A stretch of 32,000 nt of DNA from Mycobacterium tuberculosis H37Rv (GTDB taxonomy: Bacteria > Actinomycetota > Actinomycetes > Mycobacteriales > Mycobacteriaceae), in NCBI RefSeq assembly GCF_000195955.2, contig NC_000962.3:120001-152000 (forward strand), given 5' to 3'. Every line of letters begins with the position of its first letter. Position 1 is the stretch's first letter. Position numbers and translations under genes: made by a program. Of this stretch, positions 17,941-25,626 are shown in pieces. The notes under the pieces are model-generated. The model had not been told where the DNA came from and did no database searches. It saw only the letters and a list, made by a program, of their open reading frames with translations.

Positions 17941-18513
17941 ATGGTCGCGGAACGTGCGGGACACCAATGGTGTCTCTTCCTCGATAGAGACGGGGTCATC
18001 AATCGACAAGTGGTCGGCGACTACGTACGGAACTGGCGGCAGTTTGAATGGTTGCCCGGGGCGGCGCGGGCGTTGAAGAAGCTACGGGCATGGGCTCCGT
18101 ACATCGTTGTCGTGACAAACCAGCAGGGCGTGGGTGCCGGATTGATGAGCGCCGTCGACGTGATGGTGATACATCGGCACCTCCAAATGCAGCTTGCATC
18201 CGATGGCGTGCTGATAGATGGATTTCAGGTTTGCCCGCACCACCGTTCGCAGCGGTGTGGCTGCCGTAAGCCGAGACCGGGTCTGGTCCTCGACTGGCTC
18301 GGACGACACCCCGACAGTGAGCCATTGCTGAGCATCGTGGTTGGGGACAGCCTCAGCGATCTTGAATTGGCACACAACGTCGCCGCTGCTGCCGGTGCAT
18401 GTGCCAGTGTCCAGATAGGGGGCGCCAGTTCTGGCGGTGTCGCTGACGCGTCATTTGACTCGCTCTGGGAGTTCGCTGTCGCAGTCGGACATGCGCGGGG
18501 GGAGCGGGGCTAA
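17941..18513 (+). CDS. gmhB: D-glycero-D-manno-heptose 1,7-bisphosphate phosphatase (HAD-IIIA)
   Basis: Motifs present are [10 protein letters not shown] (DxDG nucleophile motif), VVVTNQQGV, a Cys-rich loop [14 protein letters not shown] and VGDSLSD. The track start 17860 lies inside gmhA. ATG 17941 leaves 12 aa before motif I. Confidence 0.9.
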
Positions 18514-19673
18514 TGGCGATCTTGCGCGGGCGAGCGCCGTTGCGGCTCGGACTCGGCGGTGGCGGGACAGACGTGGAACCGTACTCGAGCCAGTTTGGCG
18601 GACGAATTCTTAGCGTAACCATCGACAAATACGCCTACGCGTTCGCGGAGCGCGGAACAGGAGATGAGATCGCCTTTCGCTCGCCGGACCGCGACCGAGC
18701 CGGCCAGGCCTCGATCGACGATCTGGCGTCTCTCGAAGAAGACTTTCCGTTGCACGTCGCCGTCTACCGGCGGGTGATTGCGGAGTTCAACGGTGGTACA
18801 CCGTTTCCGCTCCAGCTGGCGACGCAGGTGGACGCTCCTCCCGGGTCGGGGCTGGGCTCGTCGTCTGCTTTGGTGGTGGCGATGCTTCTCACGACATGTG
18901 CGCTCATCGGCTCGTCGCCGGGCCCATACGAGCTGGCGCGACTGGCCTGGGAAATCGAACGGGTTGATCTCGGCATGGCCGGTGGTTGGCAAGACCACTA
19001 CGCCGCGGCTTTCGGCGGCTTCAACTTCATGGAGTCCCGCCCCAACGGAGAAGTCGTGGTGAATCCGCTTCGGATACGGCGGGAGGTGATCGCCGAACTG
19101 GAAGCTTCCCTTCTTCTGTACTTCGGCGGCGTCTCCAGGCTGTCGTCGGAAGTCATCGCCGATCAACAACGCAATGTCGTCGAGCGAGACGCGGACGCGC
19201 TTGCGGCCACTCACTCGATCTGCGCCGAGGCACTCGAAATGAAGGATCTTCTCGTGGTGGGTGACATACCCGGCTTCGCCGATTCACTGCTTCGCGGCTG
19301 GCAAGCGAAAAAGCGGACGTCAACCCGAATCTCGAACCCCGCAATCGAGCACGCTTACCAGGTCGCGCAGTCCAGCGGCATGGTCGCCGGGAAAGTCTCG
19401 GGTGCCGGTGGGGGTGGCTTCCTCATGATGATCGTGGACCCGCGTCGCCGTATCGAAGTCGCACGCAGCCTCGAACGAGAGTGCGGAGGATCGGTGGCTC
19501 CTTGCCTGTTTACCAAAGGCGGAGCGGTGACCTGGCATATCCCAGAGTCCACGGCACCCGTAAGGCGTGGAGTTGCTGATGCCGTGGCTTCAGCGCTCGG
19601 AAACGCTGGAATCTTGCTGTGTGCTGGCTGTGTCCTTGCGACGAGCCACTCGACTTGGCGCGTACCGGTTTGA
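18513..19673 (+). CDS. hddA: D-glycero-alpha-D-manno-heptose 7-phosphate kinase (GHMP kinase)
   Basis: Motifs present are [15 protein letters not shown] (GHMP motif II) and [11 protein letters not shown] (motif III). The ATG overlaps the gmhB TAA (TAATG, 18511-18515). The last ~23 codons and the TGA lie inside direct repeat B. Confidence 0.9.
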
Positions 19674-19676
19674 CGA
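19606..19676. repeat. Direct repeat B (right copy) flanking the heptose gene block
   Basis: See repeat A. This copy overlaps the 3' end and stop codon of hddA. Confidence 0.8.
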
Positions 19677-19955
19677 TCGGGGAGCCCAGTGCAAGCATGA
19701 GACCCCGCAAGCACCGGGCGCTGACGCCTCTTCGTGAGGTGACTGAGACGACACCTCCGTGTGTCCTGGCCGTGAGGAGGTGAGGGCGAGATGAGTCCGA
19801 GCGACAGTCCCGATCCGACATTCGTCTTGTCCCGATCTGGCTCCGGCATTCTTTCTGCCTTCTGAGCTTTCGCGAGTTACTGCGCATGTCCGATGTGGCG
19901 CAGTTGTGGCGTTCTGAATGACGCACGCTGATCGGGCTTCCTGCAGGAGAAGAAC

Positions 19956-20144
19956 ATGACCACGATGATCATGACTTTTGTTGTTCCACAACGTGTTACC
20001 CGTGCGACGAAAGGGCGGGCACGGTCGCTGCTGCGGGTGAGTCGGCGTCTGACGGACACGTTTCGCGCACCGCTCGCCTGGACCCCGCAGGAGCGGGCCG
20101 ACCGGTATGTGGCACGTATGCCGATCGCGGTGATTGCGGACTGA
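19956..20144 (+). CDS. Speculative 62-aa ORF in the 590-bp gap right of the heptose block
   Basis: The ATG is preceded by AGGAG at 6-nt spacing. By hand count, 42 of 61 codons end in G/C. No family was recognised and it could be noise. Confidence 0.25.
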   Translation: MTTMIMTFVVPQRVTRATKGRARSLLRVSRRLTDTFRAPLAWTPQERADRYVARMPIAVIAD

Positions 20145-20266
20145 GCGGGCGTCGGCGCGTGGCGCGGTTACCCGTTGGACCGGCGCTAGCCCAACCCGCG
20201 CGCGCGTGTTGGTACACCGACACGCTGTCTGGGCCCTACAACTGCGCACGCTCGCGGCCAGTGCCG

Positions 20267-21022
20267 CTAGCCGACCACCTCAATGGGATCACCAACGGTG
20301 ACGGCGTCGAAGTACCATGCCGCGTTGTCCGGGCTGAGGTTGATACAGCCGTGGCTGACGTTGGCGTATCCCTGCGAGTTGACCGACCAGGGGGCCGAGT
20401 GCACGTACACGCCGCTCCAGGTAACACGAACCGCGTAGTGGGCGGTGAGCAGATACCCGTCCGAGGAATTCAGCGGGATGCCGATGGTACGCGAGTCCAT
20501 CACGACCGTGCGCTCCTTGGACATTGCGTGAAAGCTACCGATTGGTGTCGGGCGGCTGGGCTTGCCTAACGACGCGGGCATGGTGCGGAGGACTTCTCCG
20601 TTTCTGCTGACCGTGAAGGTATGTGCCGAGATGCTGGCAACCCCGATCAGTGCGTCACCGGTCTCGAATCCTTCGGTCAGTTCCTGCACACCCACCGAGA
20701 CACGGGTGTGAGGTGGCCAATACCGGTGGGGCACCCACCGCACGACATTGCTAGCGACCCACTCGAAGTGTCCGGTCGTGTTGTGCGGTGTGCTGATGCG
20801 GATGGACCGCTCGACGGCGCGGCGATCGGTCACGGGCGTGGTGAATGTCACCACCACCGGGTGCGCCACCCCCACCACGGCACCATTAGCCGGCGACACC
20901 GACGCAACGCCTGGGATCGGTTGGAGTGGCGGGACCGCGGCGGTCGCTATGCTGACTGATTCCGCGGTGAGCATCAGCGTGATCGCGACCACAACGGATA
21001 GATAACGAACCACTCGACGCAT
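20267..21022 (-). CDS. ldtA: L,D-transpeptidase (YkuD domain)
   Basis: The N-terminal signal/anchor reads MRRVVRYLSVVVAITLMLTAES. The catalytic stretch reads HSAPWSVNSQGYANVSHGCINL. ATG 21022 has GGGAGGG upstream. I reject the longer track start at 21058. Confidence 0.92.
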   Translation of the reverse strand: MRRVVRYLSVVVAITLMLTAESVSIATAAVPPLQPIPGVASVSPANGAVVGVAHPVVVTFTTPVTDRRAVERSIRISTPHNTTGHFEWVASNVVRWVPHRYWPPHTRVSVGVQELTEGFETGDALIGVASISAHTFTVSRNGEVLRTMPASLGKPSRPTPIGSFHAMSKERTVVMDSRTIGIPLNSSDGYLLTAHYAVRVTWSGVYVHSAPWSVNSQGYANVSHGCINLSPDNAAWYFDAVTVGDPIEVVG

Positions 21023-21199
21023 GGCGTCCACCCTCCCGAGATGGTGCGATCGACACACGACATTCTAGTGACCATCGACCCATTGCGGGCCGAGCAAGCA
21101 GTTTCTGGATAGCCCCGCCGCCCCGCGGGTGCGGATTGGCAGGCCGCGCGGCCTCGCGTTAGCCTCAGCGGAATCGGTGCCAAGGCCGAGGAGGTGCGG

Positions 21200-22144
21200 G
21201 TGCTCTTCCGTCAGCTGGAGTACTTCGTCGCGGTCGCCCAGGAGCGGCATTTCGCTCGGGCCGCTGAGAAGTGCTACGTGTCGCAACCTGCGCTGTCTTC
21301 GGCAATCGCCAAGCTCGAACGCGAACTCAACGTCACCCTGATCAATCGCGGACACAGTTTCGAAGGCCTTACTCGCGAGGGTGAGCGGTTGGTGGTATGG
21401 GCCAAGCGGATACTTGCCGAGCACGCTGCGTTCAAGGCCGAGGTGGATGCGGTGCGGTCCGGGATAACCGGGACGCTTCGGCTAGGCACGGTTCCCACCG
21501 CGTCAACGACGGCATCCCTGGTGCTGTCGGCGTTTTGCTCGGCGCACCCGTTGGCGAAGGTGCAAGTCTGTTCCCGGCTGGCTGCGACCGAGCTGTACCG
21601 ACGGCTGCGCGAATTCGAGCTCGATGCCGTCATCGTGCACCCCGAGACCCAAGACAGTGATGATGTTGATCTGGTGCCGCTCTATGAGGAGCAGTACGTG
21701 CTGTTGTCGCCGGCGGATATGCTGCCGCCGGGGACATCGACGTTGGTGTGGCGGGATGCCGCGCAACTACCGTTGGCATTGCTCACTGCGGATATGCGGG
21801 ACCGCCAGGTTATCGACGCCGCGTTCGCCGACCACGCGGTCTCGGCGATCCCGCAGGTCGAAACCGATTCCGTTGCTTCGCTGTTCGCACAGGTGGCAAC
21901 CGGCAACTGGGCGTCCATCGTTCCGCACACCTGGCTATGGGCAATGCCAATGAGCGGGCCGACGGGTGGTGAGATCCGCGCGGTCGAATTGGTCGATCCG
22001 GTGCTGAAAGCCCAGATCGCCCTGGCTACCAACGCCTTGGGACCGGGATCTCCGGTTGCCCGAGCGCTCATAACATGCGCGCAGGCGCTGGCGCTGAACG
22101 AATTCTTTGACACGCAGCTGCGGGGGATCACCCGTCGCCGCTGA
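21200..22144 (+). CDS. oxyS: LysR-type transcriptional regulator
   Basis: The HTH reads LEYFVAVAQERHFARAAEKCYVSQPALSSAIAKLERELNVTLINR and is followed by a LysR substrate-binding domain. I use GTG 21200, with GAGGAGG at 21188-21194. The track start 21194 would sit inside that SD. Confidence 0.9.
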   Translation: MLFRQLEYFVAVAQERHFARAAEKCYVSQPALSSAIAKLERELNVTLINRGHSFEGLTREGERLVVWAKRILAEHAAFKAEVDAVRSGITGTLRLGTVPTASTTASLVLSAFCSAHPLAKVQVCSRLAATELYRRLREFELDAVIVHPETQDSDDVDLVPLYEEQYVLLSPADMLPPGTSTLVWRDAAQLPLALLTADMRDRQVIDAAFADHAVSAIPQVETDSVASLFAQVATGNWASIVPHTWLWAMPMSGPTGGEIRAVELVDPVLKAQIALATNALGPGSPVARALITCAQALALNEFFDTQLRGITRRR

Positions 22145-23876
22145 TCGCGGGCGTCGCTGCGCTGGTAGTGTTCAGCTTCGCCAGGTGGCCGCTCTCCACC
22201 CCGTCTGCAGGGTCGAGTTCGCAGTCGATGAGTGACGGTCCGTTCGATGCCAGTGCATCGGTCAGCGCCGACTCCAGTTCGGTTGGGGTGCTTACGTGAT
22301 ATCCTTTGCCGCCGAACGCCTCTGCGATCAGTTCGTGACGTGCATGAGCGTTCAGCACGGTGGGCGCTGGGTCGTGTCGCCACACCGGGGCGGCCGACCT
22401 AAAGATCGTTGCCTCGTCGCCGCGGTAGACGCCGCCGTTGTTGAGGATGACGACGGTGACCGGGAGTCGGTATCGGCAGATGGTCTCGAACTCCATGCCG
22501 CTGAAGCCAAATGCGCTGTCGCCCTCGATCGCCACGACAGGTCGCCCGGTCTCGACGGCGGCCGCGATGGCGTAGCCCATGCCGATGCCCATCACGCCCC
22601 AGGTTCCGCTGTCGAGCCGGTGCCGCGGTAGGTGCATGTCGATGATGTTGCGGGCGAGGTCCAGCGCGTTGGCGCCTTCGTTGACCACATAGACATCCGG
22701 GTTGCGTTGCAGCACAGACCTAATGGCACCAAGCGCGTTGTAGAACCGCATCGGATGATGATCGTCGGCCAACCGCCGACGCATCTTGGCACTGTTGCGG
22801 GCCTTGCGGTCGGCGAGCTCGCCGGTCCACGCCGCCGAGGCCACGCTCGAACGATCGGCCGCAGCTTCGAGGAGCGCCGACATTACCGAGCCGATGTCGC
22901 CGGTCAGCGGTGCCACGATCGGCCGGTTGCTGTCAAACTCCGACGCCTCGATATCGACCTGGATGAACTTGGCATCGGCCGACCATTGCGGCGACTCTCC
23001 GTTGCCTAGTAGCCAATTCAGCCGAGCGCCAACCAGCAGCACCACGTCGGCGCGGGCCATCGCCAGCGAACGAGCCGCAGCCGCCGACTGCGGGTGTGAG
23101 TCGGGCAGCAGCCCCTTGGCCATCGACATCGGCAGGAAGGGAATGCCGGTGTGCTCCACAAACTCCCGAATAACGTTGTCGGCCTGCGCATATGCCGCGC
23201 CCTTGCTGAGCACGAGCAGCGGTCGCTGCGCTTGGGCGAGCACGTCCAGCGCGCGATCAATCGCCTCCGGTGCCGGCAGTAGTCGGGGAGCCGGGTCCAC
23301 CGGCCGCCAAATGGCGCCGGAAGCAGCCGATGCCTCAACGGCCTGGCCCAGCACATCGCCGGGGATATCGAGGTATACACCGCCGGGCCGCCCGGAGGTC
23401 GCGGTGCGAATGGCGCGCGCGACGCCGCGCCCGATGTCCTGGACTTGGCCGATCCGATACGCCGCCTTCACGAACGGTCGAGCGGCGTTGAGCTGGTCGA
23501 GGTCCTGATAGTCGCCGCGCTGCAGGTCGACCATCGGCCGGCTGCTCGATCCGGAGATCTGGATCATCGGGAAGCAGTTCGTGGTGGCGTTCGCCAGCGC
23601 GGGCAGGCCGTTGAGAAAGCCGGGGCCGGACGTCGTCAGACACACGCCGGGCCGTGCGGTGAGGAACCCCGCGGCGGCCGCCGCATTGCCCGCTGATGCT
23701 TCGTGGCGGAAACCGATATAGCGGATCCCCGAGGCTTGGGCGGCGCGAGCCAGGTCGGTGATCGGGATGCCGACAACGCCGTAGATGGTGTCGACGTCGT
23801 TGGCTTTGAGGGCGTCCACCACCAGGTGGCAGCCGTCGGTCAGCACTGTGCAGGGAGATGCCGATCGTGTGGTCAT
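22128..23876 (-). CDS. oxcA: ThDP-dependent oxalyl-CoA decarboxylase-like enzyme
   Basis: The ThDP motif GDSAFGFSGMEFETICRYRLPVTVVILNNGG is present and the product has the three-domain length. The start is ATG 23876 (MTTRSASPCTVLTDG...). The 3' end overlaps oxyS by 17 nt. Confidence 0.92.
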   Translation of the reverse strand: MTTRSASPCTVLTDGCHLVVDALKANDVDTIYGVVGIPITDLARAAQASGIRYIGFRHEASAGNAAAAAGFLTARPGVCLTTSGPGFLNGLPALANATTNCFPMIQISGSSSRPMVDLQRGDYQDLDQLNAARPFVKAAYRIGQVQDIGRGVARAIRTATSGRPGGVYLDIPGDVLGQAVEASAASGAIWRPVDPAPRLLPAPEAIDRALDVLAQAQRPLLVLSKGAAYAQADNVIREFVEHTGIPFLPMSMAKGLLPDSHPQSAAAARSLAMARADVVLLVGARLNWLLGNGESPQWSADAKFIQVDIEASEFDSNRPIVAPLTGDIGSVMSALLEAAADRSSVASAAWTGELADRKARNSAKMRRRLADDHHPMRFYNALGAIRSVLQRNPDVYVVNEGANALDLARNIIDMHLPRHRLDSGTWGVMGIGMGYAIAAAVETGRPVVAIEGDSAFGFSGMEFETICRYRLPVTVVILNNGGVYRGDEATIFRSAAPVWRHDPAPTVLNAHARHELIAEAFGGKGYHVSTPTELESALTDALASNGPSLIDCELDPADGVESGHLAKLNTTSAATPAISGDG

Positions 23877-24048
23877 GGTGTTCACTGTTGTCCGGGGCGC
23901 CGGCCGTGTCCAAGACCGAGTCACTATGCAGCGATTTACGCGGTCTATCAACCGTTAGCGGATCGGTATTGGACGCCGGGCAGGCGAGCCCGGCACTGTG
24001 CTGATCGTGCCGAACCCGCACACCGAACACATGGAAGGAGCGTTCGCG

Positions 24049-25626
24049 ATGGCATCCGACTTCGGCCCGCGCATCGCCGATCTTGTCGAGGTGGCGGCGA
24101 CCCGGCTGCCCGAGGCTCCGGCGCTCGTCGTCACCGCGGATCGCATCGCGATCAGCCACCGCGACCTGGCCCGTCTGGTTGATGAGCTGGCCGGCCAGCT
24201 GACGCGGTCCGGCCTGCTGCCCGGTGACCGGGTCGCGCTGCGCATGGGCAGCAACGCCGAATTCGTCGTCGCCTTGCTGGCGGCGTCGCGTGCGGATCTC
24301 GTCGTCGTGCCGCTGGATCCGGCGCTGCCCATCACCGAGCAACGCGTCCGAAGCCAGGCCGCGGGAGCCCGGGTGGTGCTGATTGACGCGGATGGGCCGC
24401 ACGACAGGGCAGAACCCACCACCCGGTGGTGGCCGCTCACGGTGAACGTCGGCGGTGACAGCGGCCCCTCGGGTGGCACCTTGTCGGTCCACCTGGACGC
24501 CGCCACCGAGCCGAACCCCGCAACCTCGACGCCCGAGGGACTGCGACCCGATGACGCCATGATCATGTTCACCGGCGGGACGACCGGCCTGCCGAAGATG
24601 GTCCCCTGGACGCACGCAAACATCGCCAGCTCGGTCCGCGCCATCATCACCGGGTACCGGCTGAGCCCGCGGGACGCCACCGTTGCGGTGATGCCGCTCT
24701 ACCATGGCCACGGGCTGATCGCGTCGTTGCTTGCCACCCTGGCGTCCGGCGGCGCGGTGTCGCTGCCCGCACGCGGGCGATTCTCCGCGCACACCTTCTG
24801 GGACGACATCAAAGCCGTTGGAGCCACCTGGTATACGGCGGTTCCGACGATTCACCAAATCCTGCTGGAGCGATCGGCAACCGAACCGTCGGGGCGCAAA
24901 CCTGCCGCACTGCGTTTCATCCGCAGCTGCAGCGCACCGCTCACTGCCCAAGCCGCGCTAGCACTGCAAACCGAGTTCGCGGCACCGGTCGTGTGTGCCT
25001 TCGGCATGACCGAAGCCACCCACCAGGTAACGACAACGCAGATTGAGGGTATCGACCAAACCGAAACTCCCGTCGTGTCAACCGGTCTGGTCGGCCGGTC
25101 GACGGGAGCGCAAATCCGGATCGTCGGGTCCGACGGGCTGCCACTGCCCGCGGGCGCGGTCGGGGAGATCTGGCTGCGGGGGACCACCGTGGTACGCGGG
25201 TATCTGGGTGACCCGACGATAACCGCCGCGAATTTCACCGACGGTTGGTTGCGTACCGGTGATCTCGGGTCCCTGTCGGCGGCCGGTGACCTGAGCATCC
25301 GCGGCCGCATCAAGGAACTCATCAACCGAGGTGGTGAAAAGATCTCGCCCGAGCGCGTCGAGGGCGTGCTGGCCAGCCATCCAAACGTCATGGAGGCAGC
25401 CGTATTCGGCGTCCCGCACCAGCTCTACGGCGAGGCGGTCGCGGCGGTGATTGTGCCTCGTGAGTCCGCCCCGCCGACTCGCGAGGAGCTTGTCCAGTTC
25501 TGCCGGGAACGGTTGGCGGCCTTCGAGATCCCGGCCTCCTTCCAGGAGGCCAGCGGGCTGCCGCACACCGCGAAGGGTTCGCTCGACCGCCGCGCTGTCG
25601 CCGAACGGTTCGGCCATTCGGTGTAG
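24049..25626 (+). CDS. fadD7: AMP-forming acyl-CoA synthetase (ANL family), oxalate-CoA-ligase-like
   Basis: Motifs present are MFTGGTTGLPKMV, GMTEA, WLRTGDLG, KELINRGGEKISP and PHTAKGSLDRR. ATG 24049 has GGAAGGAG 8 nt upstream. I reject the track start at 23998. Confidence 0.92.
   Translation: MASDFGPRIADLVEVAATRLPEAPALVVTADRIAISHRDLARLVDELAGQLTRSGLLPGDRVALRMGSNAEFVVALLAASRADLVVVPLDPALPITEQRVRSQAAGARVVLIDADGPHDRAEPTTRWWPLTVNVGGDSGPSGGTLSVHLDAATEPNPATSTPEGLRPDDAMIMFTGGTTGLPKMVPWTHANIASSVRAIITGYRLSPRDATVAVMPLYHGHGLIASLLATLASGGAVSLPARGRFSAHTFWDDIKAVGATWYTAVPTIHQILLERSATEPSGRKPAALRFIRSCSAPLTAQAALALQTEFAAPVVCAFGMTEATHQVTTTQIEGIDQTETPVVSTGLVGRSTGAQIRIVGSDGLPLPAGAVGEIWLRGTTVVRGYLGDPTITAANFTDGWLRTGDLGSLSAAGDLSIRGRIKELINRGGEKISPERVEGVLASHPNVMEAAVFGVPHQLYGEAVAAVIVPRESAPPTREELVQFCRERLAAFEIPASFQEASGLPHTAKGSLDRRAVAERFGHSV

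Noticed and set aside
19590-20249. 219-aa minus-strand ORF filling the gap between hddA and ldtA
   Set aside because: Its product is Arg/Thr/Pro/His-rich and low in complexity. It has no SD or motifs and overlaps the hddA 3' end.
21142-21153. Perfect 12-bp palindrome GGCCGCGCGGCC and a CGATGGT...ACCATCG inverted repeat (21039-21079) in the ldtA-oxyS intergenic region, considered as a LysR operator
   Set aside because: Short GC-only palindromes are expected by chance at this base composition. Neither fits the T-N11-A LysR box, so the support is too weak to call.
23335-24951. 538-aa minus-strand ORF spanning the oxcA 5' end and much of fadD7
   Set aside because: Its product is Arg/Gly/Pro-rich with no motifs. 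It overlaps two well-supported genes and their divergent promoter.
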